A DNA stretch of 64,000 nt from Macrostomum hystrix (lineage: Eukaryota; Animalia; Platyhelminthes). Positions within the stretch are counted from its first letter, which is position 1. Every line of letters starts with the position of its first letter. The notes below the pieces were generated by a model that did no database searches, had not been told where the DNA came from, and worked only from the letters and a program-made list of their open reading frames with translations. A program made the translations under genes and the position numbers. The stretch spans positions 12,710,001 through 12,774,000 of the forward strand of contig CATNEN010000007.1 in assembly GCA_950097015.1 (NCBI GenBank). Direction: 5' to 3'. Shown here piece after piece: positions 33,436 through 44,695 of the stretch.

Positions 33436-35662
33436 ATGGGCAACAGCAACAATGCCTGCAGGCGCTGCCTTCGCGGGGAGGATGAATGCGCCGGCAACGA
33501 TGGCGCCTTCGACTTCGGCTCCCGGCTGGTTGTCGCCGTTGACGACGTCTCGGAGGTGGCCGCGACGCCTGGCTCGGAGGCGCCCGGCAACTCAGCCGGC
33601 GGCGGCACCTCGACGGAGTCGGAGTCCCTGGTGCCCTGCGGAGGCACCACACGCCTGCTGGCGCACGCCTCCTTCCCCTTCACTGCGGATGAGGCCAGTC
33701 TTGCCTGGCTGCGCTCCAACAAGGTGGTGTTCGTCATGCGGGGACTGCCCGGCTCTGGCAAGTCCACATTGACCCGCCTGCTGCACCAGCTCTACCCCAG
33801 CAGCGTCATCTGCTCCGCCGACTCCTTCTTCACCGACCCGGTTAGCGGGGCCTACAACTTCGACGCGGCCAGGCTAAAGGACGCGCACCAGGCCTGCAAC
33901 AACCGGGCATTCGAGGCCATGAGCGCCGGCCAGTCGCCTGTCATTGTGGACAACACCAACGTGCGCCGCTGGGAGTTCCAGTTCTACATAGACCTGGCTG
34001 TGCGCTTTGGCTACGTACAGTTCACTGTTTTGCCCAAGACTCCCTGGCGGTTCGACGCTCAGGAGCTGGCGAGGCACACGGTAAGGGGGTGCGCTCCAGA
34101 TTCACCACCTGCCATGCATTCTGCACCCCATTCTTCCACCTGATATACATTCTGCACCCCATTCTTCCACCTGATATTCTGCACCCCATTCTTCCACCTG
34201 CCATATATTCTGTAATCCGACTGTTCTATCTGGTATATTCTGCGATTCCACAGTTCTATCTGGTATATTCTGCAATCCAACAGTTCTATCTGGTATATTC
34301 TGCGATCCCACAGTTCTGTCTAGTATATTCTGCGATCCCACAGTTCTATCTGGTATATTCTGCGATCCCACAGTTCTATCTGGTATATTCTGCGGTCCCA
34401 CTGTTCTATCTGGTATATTCTGCGGTCCCACTGTTCTGTCTAGTATATTCTGCAATATTACAGTTCTATCTGGTATATTCTGCGGTCCCACTGTTCGATC
34501 TTGTATATTCTGCGGTCCCACTGTTCTGTCTGGTATATTCTGCAATATTACAGTTCTGTCTGGTATATTCTGCGATCCCACAGTTCTGTCTGGTATATTC
34601 TGCGATCCCACAGTTCTATCTGGTATATTCTGCGGTCCCACTGTTCTGTCTAGTATATTCTGCAATATTACAGTTCTGTCTGGTATATTCTGCGATCCCA
34701 CAGTTCTCTGTTATATTGTGTTAAATCATGCAATTCTGTGCAGAAGCACTCGGTGCCCCTGGAGGTGATCGAGCAGCGGCTTTCTAGCTGGGAGGCCGCG
34801 CACCCGATCTACTACGCCTGGTTCCTGCAGTCCGCCGACGCAGCTCGCCTGTTCCGACTGGCTCGCGACTTCCTCGCCTGCCTGGGCTCCGCGTCCGGCG
34901 CCCCTGGGCCGCTGCCGCCGCTACCTACCGAGGCCACTGCAGCTGCAGGCGCTGCCTGTGCTGAAGATTCAGCATCGCCGAATGCGATTCGGCATAGCCG
35001 GAGGAAGCTGAAGTCCAAGTCCAAGTCGCACAGGCGCCACCAGGCAGCGTCGCCAACGGAAGCGGCGGCTGCCTCGCTGCCGCTGCTGCACGCCACCGCC
35101 AGGTTCTGCGGCCGGCGGGGCGCCAGCCAGCAGGAGCTGGTGTCCCAGATTGACTATCACAACAGGCCGGATGTGCAGGCCGCGCTCGGCCGCGTCTTTC
35201 CCGCGACCGTGACCGCCATCTTTGCCACGCCGCGCTCCGTTGGATTCAAGGTTCGTCGCTTGGCTTTCACTGTTTTCGCTACATATCGGCTGGCATATGT
35301 ATGTCAATTTTGATTCCTCCCAACCACTGCAGATGGACCTCACTGCGGACCAGCTTTCACTGTGGGACAACGATGCCTCGGAGAAGGACCTCCGGGGCGC
35401 CTCTGCCGCCGCTGCCTCCCGCCTGCCTCGCGGCTCGCGCGCCCACGTAACACTGGCCACGGCAGCGGGAGTGCCAGCCGTGCAGGCCGGCCTGGACCTG
35501 CTGTCGATACTGATGGAGGCCTGCGAGCGGCCTGAGCCCGGACCTGACGAGCTCGTGCTCATGACCGAATGGGGCTTCGCCCGTGGCTGCGGCCCGGAGG
35601 CCTGTCTGCTCACATTGGATGATCCGATTGCTCTGGACACCATGTTCGCGTCCTCCTACTGA
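33436..35662 (+). CDS. CNP: 2',3'-cyclic-nucleotide 3'-phosphodiesterase (CNPase): polynucleotide-kinase-like P-loop domain + 2H phosphoesterase, ~493 aa; exons 33436-34080, 34744-35250, 35333-35662
   Basis: MRGLPGSGKST, CSAD, DNTN, PKTPW, KHSVP; PIYYAWFL; two HxT motifs LHATARF and GSRAHVTL; AVQAGLDLL. Phase-0 GT-AG introns, total 1482 nt. Confidence 0.88.
34100..34708. repeat. Intronic minisatellite: ~27-30 bp ATTCTGCACCCCATTCTTCCACCTG units grading into 30-bp TCTGGTATATTCTGCGATCCCACAGTTCTA units
   Basis: Fills CNP intron 1. Confidence 0.93.
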
Positions 35663-37529
35663 CAGTAGTGCGACTGGCAGACAGGCGACTTTTTCATTTA
35701 TTCGTAAACCAGCAAGGCCGCGAGTCAGTCGACCAACCTCAACTGCGCATGGAAACGCTGGCCTTGGATTGCCACCGCAGACAGTGGAATCAGTCTGCAG
35801 CCAGTCAGAGTGGACTTGGGTTGCTAGTCTACATCCAGCTTGAATTCGGCAGTGAACTCTACTGTTTTCTAAGGACACTATTCTTAATGCTTAGCTTCTC
35901 GAACTGGTTTTTATACACAATGTTTTCGATTTAGATGATTGCATTGTGCATCGCCTTGTTTTTTATTCTGGAAATATATACTTCTGATCTTTTTACAAAA
36001 AATAATTTGTTTTAGATTGCTCTCTCTGAAAGTCACGCCTAAGCGGACTTGTTTATTGGTTTACTAACTCAATTGACTTCATCTGCTAAAAATGGGATAA
36101 AACTGTGAAATCTTAGGCCTTGAAGTTCAGGCAGAAGCATAACTCGTATTGTGAGGCTCGGTGCTCTTATAGTTCTGAATGCCACGGCTATCAGATGACC
36201 ATGTCTGAGCAGTCTTGCCACCCTTGTTGGCCTCAACAGTTCAGGCAATATGTACTTTTTCTGTTTCACTCTGGCAAGCAAGCCCCTCTTCATTATTCTT
36301 TGAGACCATGGGACTCTGAATTCCACTAATTCCCTCCTTGGTTTAGTGGCCTTGCCATTCCTGACCTCGGCGGCAGCCCATTGTGGGCCGTTCCTCGCCT
36401 CCTCTTCGGCAGGCCTCGTTAGCACAGCCGGCGCCCCGGAGCCTAAGACTGTATGTGGGATCGGCTTGCATTCCAGCTCAAATCTGAGCAGATTCTGTGC
36501 TGCCTCTGCTGTACCGGTGGCTACTATATATAGCAGGAGCGCATTGGGCACTGGAATGGCTGGGTTCCGGCTGCCCAGCCTTCAAATGATGCCCACTAAT
36601 CCGGTTTCAAATCTAAATTGCAGGCGCTTCTTTCACTGCGGATGCGCCAGAAATATTTGCGTTCTTGGTGGCAGAGCTGCAGTGCAATCTGGATATTGGG
36701 CAGTTGAGTAACCCTGGAGCAGGCTTTCTGCCGCGAGTCTCCAGGCCAGGAAGGCAGCCCAGTAGCTGAGCAAAAGCGCCTCTCGCATTCAGTTTGATGG
36801 ACAGGTCGCGAAATGAGCTGCTGCGGGCATCTCCGGCTGAATAATGCTGAACAACTACAGTTGGTGCATCGCAACAAAGTAGCGACAGGCGAGGCTCTGT
36901 GGACAAGAATAGGAAAAACACTCGCGCTGAACTACTCGCGAGAAGAACCATTAAAGTACAGCCTGAGCAGACTGCTCTCGCATCTCCTTTCATTCGATTT
37001 CTTTTGCCCTGAGATGGCGAGACTGACGACTAACAGCGGCTGTCGAGGTGGCCAGTTGGAAGATTGCTTCCTCACGCTTGAGGGCCCACAAAGACAGGCA
37101 ATCTTTGTTCGGGCGTCGCGTCTCCTGTCAAGTAATTTAAATCATGGTCAAAGCTCGAATTTAGAGCTAGTCTCGAAATTTTCAGACCGCCCAAAAGGTC
37201 CTTTGATGTAGCGGACGTGCCTTGCAACTGTAAGGGTCAGGGTCTCTCGCATTCTACTATTGATTTTGGCTTGTAAGACGTCTGCTAGATTTCCAAGCCA
37301 GACTGATGCGCGTTGATAATGCATACAGAATGTATTGGGCCTGGCCGGGAGTCAATATTCAAAAAGGCACGCGTTGTAAAATTATTTTTATGAACGATTT
37401 ATCACTAATTTATCTGTTATTTAATATAACAATAAAATAATTTACCATCTGCCTGAAAGTGTCATGCTGCAGCTTCATTGAATCCATTGTGTAATACTTT
37501 TGTATCTGAATTTCGGAGCGCACTTTCTG

Positions 37530-38253
37530 AGCAGCTCAGATGGGCTTGCGTTCGCTAGTACCTGTTTGCTGAGCGACTCTACATCAAGCAGCTCAGGTGG
37601 GCTTGCGTTCGCTAGTACCTGTTTGCTGAGCGACTCTACATCAAGCAGCTCAGATGGGCTTGCGTTCGCTAGTACCTGTTTGCTGAGCGACTCTACATCA
37701 AGCAGCTCAGATGGGCTTGCGTTCGCTAGTACCTGTTTGCTGAGCGACTCTACATCAAGCAGCTCAGGTGGGCTTGCGTTCGCTAGTACCTGTTTGCTGA
37801 GCGACTCTACATCAAGCAGCTCAGATGGGCTTGCGTTCGCTAGTACCTGTTTGCTGAGCGACTCTACATCAAGCAGCTCAGATGGGCTTGCGTTCGCTAG
37901 TACCTGTTTGCTGAGCGACTCTACATCAAGCAGCTCAGGTGGGCTTGCGTTCGCTAGTACCTGTTTGCTGAGCGACTCTACATCAAGCAGCTCAGATGGG
38001 CCTGCGTTCGCTAGTACCTGTTTGCTGAGCGACTCTACATCAAGCAGCTCAGATGGGCCTGCGTTCGCTAGTACCTGTTTGCTGAGCGACTCTACATCAA
38101 GCAGCTCAGATGGGCCTGCGTTCGCTAGTACCTGTTTGCTGAGCGACTCTACATCAAGCAGCTCAGGTGGGCTTGCGTTCGCTAGTACCTGTTTGCTGAG
38201 CGACTCTACATCAAGCAGCTCAGATGGGCTTGCGTTCGCTAGTACCTGTTTGC
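37530..38253. repeat. 57-bp minisatellite, ~12.5 copies
   Basis: AGCAGCTCAGATGGGCTTGCGTTCGCTAGTACCTGTTTGCTGAGCGACTCTACATCA in tandem. Confidence 0.95.
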
Positions 38254-38718
38254 TTGCACATCAGCTGGCCAGCCAAGGTCTTGGCAACTTCAAATGTTTA
38301 AGTATCGACAGCCGCGATGTCGGCCTCAGCGCTGTGGCCTCAGCGCAGATTGACAACGCGGGCTGGTTATCAGATTAGCCTAGGCCTGCCAGCTGCGGGG
38401 GTTGCTGAACGCGCAGCCCAGCTTTGTCCGTCGCTCTAGGGAATTTTGGGATTTCACAAGTTGCACTCTCGCCACCGAACGTCATAAAAGTCTGCAGGTA
38501 CGGATGGTAAACGACCTGCGCTAACACCTGCAGGAAGCCACCCCCAAAAACTGATGTGAAAAACAGCCTGGTGCTGTTGATCAAGATGAAGACAAGTCAG
38601 ATACCGCGGCGACCATCCCAGCCGTTCTGGGGGCGGATCTATAGCAGCGGCCCTCACTGGCAAACATTGTCTGGGACTGAACACACCCTGCCAAAGTACA
38701 CACAGGGAATCACCTGAG

Positions 38719-38930
38719 CCCGACATCGTGCTGTAGACACCAGCTTAACCTAGATGAACTTGGTGAAGTTCTGATCAACCTAATGTCTGAGATAGAATGC
38801 GTACAACTCAAGCCTGCTCAAACCCGACATCGTGCTTTAGACACCAGCCTAACCTAGATGAACTTGGTGAAGTTCTGACCAACCTGATGTCTCAGATAGA
38901 ATGCGTACAACTCAAGCCTGCTCAAACCCG
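38719..38930. repeat. 104-bp tandem duplication (2 copies)
   Basis: CCCGACATCGTGCT...CAAGCCTGCTCAAA at 38719 and 38823. Confidence 0.9.
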
Positions 38931-40552
38931 AGCTGAATTCCTCAGCTCAGATAACGATCGCCAGACTGCTCATGCACTCCGCTCCCCGCCGTGTGTTTTT
39001 AATCCGCGCTTCCATTCAGCCGGCACACTAGCACATACTGGAGTATAAACAGTCGATTAAGAGCGAGTGGCACTATGCGGGCTGCTTCCAGGGGGAACAG
39101 GCGAAGGGCACAGCGAATGGTCCATGACCGCGCGGAGACTTTGCGGATTTGGCAGGATTGGCTCAGCTGAATGCGCCTGATTTACGAAGGGCCTTCTGTG
39201 CGGCTGGGGCATTGTTGCTTGCAGTTTTCGGCTGCTGCCTGTTGTGCGACAGCCGGCACAGCGGCTGCAATTTCTTTTAATCTTTCCGATTCGTACTCTC
39301 GTATGTACTCGTAAAACTGATACTTTGGCAACTCTGCTGAGACTTTCTGGGTGCTAAGGCTACGAAATTCGAATTCACAAATTCCAAATAATTCTCCTGC
39401 ACTTTTACCTGCGGCTCGAATTTTGAGTCCATTGAAAATAAAGCCAGTCCGAGCTCTTGTCTTGGCCTTTTTACCTGGCTGAATAGTGCTAGACAGATTC
39501 GGGGAAATCGAGGCTCCACGCGAGCAGAGCAGCTCGGCGGGGCTCCGCTTCAAAAGCGCCGCGAAAAAAATTAAAGAAATTCCATCCAGTACTTTGTTCA
39601 ATATATTTTGCTTGCATAGTTGCTACTCGTTGGCCCTTCAAATGCCTCGAATTAATATACTTTATATGTGCATAAAGTAATTTTTCTCAATCGGAATTAG
39701 CGGCTTCTTTGTGAGTCTCATTGCTCGCGACTAAATGCTTCCCGCGCCCCGGGGACCCAAGGGTTGACAGCTCCACGAGAACTGACTGCCCGCAGAGCTT
39801 TCCCAGCACCTGAGCACGGATTATGCTGCTCAATCGCCTTCAAAAGACTCCCAAAACTGGTCTAAATTCGCCCTAATCTGACAAGACTCAAGGCTGAAAA
39901 ATGAAGATAGCATTCTGCAGCTTTTATTGGTCAAATTAAGGTGATTATTGAGCTCCGGCAGTTGCCCCTGTTCTGACAGCCGCATTCACTCACAGTGCCT
40001 GCCATACAGCTACAGGTTCCAGCTCACAGCGATGCCGCATTCAATAACAGCTTAGCTAGCTCGGGCCTTCAGGAATTTAGTCATGTGATCTAAAATGCTT
40101 ATGCACTGTAGCTGTCTTGAATCCATTGCACTGACTTTTGACCCAGTGAAGTAAAGACCGAACTCGAGCTCCGACTTTGCTGGCGGCTGAACTCGCCGAG
40201 TCACCGGCTATCGGCAGCATCAAAGGAAGGCTGGCCTTCATGGCCCGTGTATTTTCTCAATCCGAAATGGGCTGGTATATTTTACATAAAGAATGGCGCA
40301 GAAATGGAAGATGACACCATGGCCAGTGCCAGACTCAGAACCCCTGGCCCCTCAAAGCAGACGTTGGGTAGTGAGCAGCACAACAGCAAACAGAGGACAA
40401 GGCCACGTGAAAAATAGATTCGCACGCAAATATAAACTACAAAGTATATGCAATACAAACTGCTGGGCAAGCATTTCAGGGACCACTCGCCGCTGCTCAC
40501 ATCAAAGCTGAAAATGCACTTTATGAGTGTTCGGCCCCGGACTGGTCTCTGA

Positions 40553-41378
40553 GTGGACTGGGGAGAGTCAGGACTGTGGACTGGGGAGAATCAGGACAGT
40601 GGACTGGGGAGAGTCAGGAGTGTAGACTGGGGAGAATCAGGAGTGTAGACTGGGGAGAATCAGGAGTGTAGACTGGGGAGAATCAGGACAGTGGACTGGG
40701 GAGAGTCAGGACAGTGGACTGGGAGAGTCAGGACAGTGGTCTGGGAGAGTCAGGACTGTGGACTGGGAGAGTCAGGACAGTGGTCTGGGAGAGTCAGGAC
40801 TGTGGACTGGGAGAGTCAGGACAGTGGTCTGGGAGAGTCAGGACTGTGGTCTGGGAGAGTCAGGAGTGTGGTCTGGGAGAGTCAGGACTGTGGACTGGGA
40901 GAGTCAGGACTGTGGACTGGAGAGAATCAGGACAGTGGTCTGGGAGAGTCAGGACTGTGGTCTGGGAGAGTCAGGACTGTGGTCTGGGAGAGTCAGGACT
41001 GTGGTCTGGGAGAATCAGGACAGTGGTCTGGGAGAGTCAGGACTGTGGACTGGGAGAGTCAGGACAGTGGTCTGGGAGAGTCAGGACAGTGGTCTGGGAG
41101 AATCAGGACAGTGGTTTGGGAGAGTCAGGACTGTGGTCTGGGAGAGTCAGGACAGTGGTCTGGGAGAGTCAGGACAGTGGTCTGGGAGAGTCAGGACAGT
41201 GGTCTGGGAGAATCAGGACAGTGGTCTGGGAGAGTCAGGACTGTGGACTGGGAGAGTCAGGACTGTGGACTGGGGAGAGTCAGGACAGTGGTCTGGGAGA
41301 GTCAGGACAGTGGTCTGGGAGAGTCAGGACTGTGGACTGGGAGAATCAGGACAGTGGACTGGGAGATCCCGGACAGTG
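40553..41378. repeat. ~22-bp minisatellite (GTGGTCTGGGAGAGTCAGGACA)
   Basis: Visible tandem array with 22-24 bp units. Confidence 0.95.
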
Positions 41379-42301
41379 TTGATTGAATCATCTCTTCATA
41401 CCTAAGCCTTGCGTTGTGCAAAATTATTAAACCATTCAGATCTGCAGGGAAACGCAAGTCGGAAGCGGCAGTTAAGACATTGGAGTGCACAGTGCAGCCA
41501 GGGGTCGGCAATCTCCCATCACTCGAGCCTTTGCTCTGTCGTTGGCGTACCCTGCCTGCTGTCAAACGAGCCGGAGATTCGTTCTTATCCCATTAGGATT
41601 AGAAAATCCTAACCTCCATTTCATCCCATTGAGGCTTCAAAATTCGGTAATCCCGCTTCATGCTAAATCCTGATCTCATCTGATAACACTTGAAATCCCT
41701 TGGAGAGACATTGTCCCGCTAATTTTCAGGTGACATGCTTTGCCTATAAGTTCCTTATGCTCAAGCTGCACTTGTGTGCTCAGTAATAAACGCCGCTAAA
41801 GTGTGCAATTTCCCAAATCAGCTGTCCCAGAGACTGAATCGATCCTCATCAGCTCGACATCCCGCGCTTTCGGTTCACCGCGGCTTCAAAGACCAGCAGC
41901 GGCTGAGCCATCGAGCGGACAAAGCGAGTTAAGCGAAAAGCAATTAGAGCCGGGACTCTGTGCTGCTGTGGGACTGGCTGGCGATGCCTAGCCGCATATA
42001 AACAGATGCGGAGCGCCGATTGAGAGTCGCAGACTCCGCTGGGCTGAAGCGGGGCTGAGGTTGGAACTGGGGATCAGGAGGACCGGCCAGAGGGAGATTC
42101 CCACCTAGCATGTCAGCAGGCTATGATCCAATGCCACAGTTTCATAAATTCGAACCTGCCGTCCAATGCGGACACGTACTGTACTGAAGGCAGTAATACA
42201 CGCGCACTGAAAGCCACATGCTGCAACGAGCTGACCAGTTTGATAGCAGATCGTATTGCAGAATATTTTGAGGCTGCAATGTTTCACACACACGGGCATT
42301 C

Positions 42302-42604
42302 TCACAGCGTTGTTTCAATTTCATAGTTTAAATAAATCTTCATTTGCTGCCGCAACAACAGAATTTGCTGTTGTTGTTGCTGCTGCTGTTGCTCCTGCTG
42401 TTGCTGCTGCTGTTGCTGCTGCTGTTGCTGCTGCTGTTGCTGCTGCTGTTGCTGCTGCTGTTGCTGCTGCTGTTGCTGCTGCTGTTGTTGATGCTGCTGC
42501 TGTTGCTGTTGTTGCTCTTGTCGTGGTTGTTGTTGCTGCTGCTGCTGCTGTTGTGGCTGCTTTTGTTCTTTCTTCTGCTGCTGCTCTTGTTGTATTTGTT
42601 GCCC

Positions 42605-42649
<45 letters not shown>

Positions 42650-44695
42650 CTGCTGTTGTTGTTCGTGTTGGTGCTGGTGCTGCTGTTCTTGTTCTCGAAT
42701 GTCTTGCTGCTGTTGTGGCTGCTGTGTCTGATGTTTGTGCTGCTGAAGATGAAGGCTTCCATTCTGTTGCAGCAGCAGCGGTGGCGACTCAGTTCGCTCC
42801 TGCTGTTCCAGACGCAGCCGCCGCCTCTGCATCAGCCGAAGTGGCGGAGTGGCGACAGTACGAAGCGGCTCTGCAGTGCCTATTTGTGGTGACCCCTCCA
42901 CAATGCGTGTTGAGAGCGGTGTTGGAAGCTGCTGCTGCTGCCCGCTGGTCTGGTTCACAACATTATAGAGAAAAGCAGCTGACAGCACGGCGATCTCCGC
43001 GAGCTCGAATATGGTGATGACACTGATGCCAACCCACAGGCCCAGGATGCCGCCGATGTCTGAGAAGAGCTTCTCGAGCTCGTAGCTGCGCTCCTCGATC
43101 AGCATGCGCACCGTGAGCGTCTTCGGGTAGACCCGCACCTGCACCAGCGTGTTGCTGACGAACCGCTGAAGGTCCGTGCAGTCTGTGTCCTCCAGAGCTG
43201 CGGGGTCGTAGTTGGGGTGGGTGTCCTCCCGGCAGCTCGACACGTTCCGGTTGGATATGCCCAGAGACGTGACCAGCGCCGCGGGTGGCGTCAGGTTGCC
43301 CACCACGGCGATGTAGTCGGATAGTATGCTGCCCAGCTTCTTTATGCGGATGAGGCTGCCGCGGCTGGCAAAGGAGCGGTCCGGCCACTCGGCCAGCGCG
43401 ATCGCGGACGAGTATTCGCTGTACTGGCACTCGTTCAGGCAACGGGAAGGGCTCTGCTTCTGCGAGAAGTTGTAGGCGCACTCGGCTCTCGCGAGCCGTT
43501 CACCAATTTCCGGAAACTTCTCGATTGTCTTGGCACCAATTACCTTGACGATGAGGGCCGCGTACTTCCTCTTGCGCTCCTCGGAGAATATGCGCCACAT
43601 GCTGAGCACCAGGTTGGAGATGCTGGTGAATTGAGTCTTGTTGAAGCGACGCATGTCGAGGATGTCGTGGCAGTAGTCAGCCTTCAGCAGACGAGTCTCC
43701 TCTGCGGGCAGGAGACCCTCGATGGTGCACCGGCATGTCCTGAGCAAGTTCAGAGCGTCCTCGTTCTCGACGCAGCTGTACAGGCGGTCCTCGTACTCCT
43801 GGTGCAGGCGCAGGAACGGGTTCCAGAAGCGGCGCACGCCAGCCGGTGCGCAGGGCCGCGTATTCGTGTTAGCCAGGCGGATTTTTGCCTGCGACAGGGC
43901 GAAGTCAGTGCGCATGCCCACTGGGGCGGTGATGCCAAACTCGTGCGGGTCTGGTCGGGTGCCGCGCTGATGAACAGTCACCTGGAAGCCCTTGCTCTCC
44001 AAGCCAGTCGCCGTCTTCATGATGCGGTCCTCCTCGAAGTTTGCGTCCACCGAGGGTGGGTAGAGGACAAGGATGAGGCCCATCTCCGCGCCCGCCTTCT
44101 CCAGCTGCCGCGATGCTGGCTGGAATGTGTAGCAGTTACCGTACTCTCTATCGTAGTACAGAGTAAATTCACCGTGGCTGCATGGCTTCTGGTCGAACTC
44201 GCAGTATAACACAAAGTCCTGGGCGCGGGCGCTGACCTCGGACATGTTGAACATGTGACCGGAGGCTGTGTAAATGGCCTTGAGGAACTTCTTGCTCTCC
44301 CAGCCAAACTGGTAGCCCAGCATTGTCTGCACCACCTGCGAGTAGCGGCTGAAGGCCCGGTCCTTTGTGCGTCTGTCGTAATAGGACACGTTGTAAAGAA
44401 AGAACTTCTTCAGCATTGTGTCGCAGATCGTGACGTCCGGGAACTCGAAGCCGTTGACCTCCTGGCGCACTGTGGAGCTGACAGGATAGCTAAAGTACAG
44501 TTTAATCAGCGTTGCCGTGTGCATGGTGACGCCGCAGACGGCGCTGACGAAAATCACGAACCAGACAACGCGCACAGTCCAGTTGGAGTCCTGCTGCACC
44601 AGCTTGTTAACGCCGTGGGCAGTAGAGCTGCCAAGCAGCTGGCGCAGCCGGCCCAGCAGAACCTTGCGGCGGCCAGGCTTAGTCGTGTCCGGCAT
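42302..44695 (-). CDS. DEG/ENaC family sodium channel, FaNaC-like, 797 aa, apparently intronless, polyQ C-tail
   Basis: STAHG pre-TM1 motif, TM1, FPDVTIC, YGNCYTF, GFQVTVH, Cys-rich thumb, and TM2 LFSDIGGILGLWVGISVITIFELAE with a GIS filter. Confidence 0.92.
42365..42725 (-). repeat. CAG/CAA trinucleotide tract encoding polyQ
   Basis: TGC/TGT repeats on +, in frame with the channel ORF on -. Confidence 0.9.

Noticed and set aside
3178-35662. TIR + ATM + CNPase as a functional cluster (TIR 2',3'-cNMP synthesis paired with CNPase)
   Set aside because: The genes are more than 20 kb apart with unrelated genes between, adjacency is weak evidence in animals, and this TIR has W-P rather than the W-C of plant 2',3'-cNMP-synthesising TIRs.
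36069-37211. Overlapping 90-160 aa ORFs downstream of CNP
   Set aside because: No recognisable motif or consistent splice model; possibly a decayed element.
41499-41511. CAGGGGTCGGCAA hAT-like end
   Set aside because: No partner TIR or TSD seen nearby.
42256-43017. Poly-Ala, poly-Leu and poly-Ser ORFs
   Set aside because: Antisense or alternate frames of the channel's polyQ tract.
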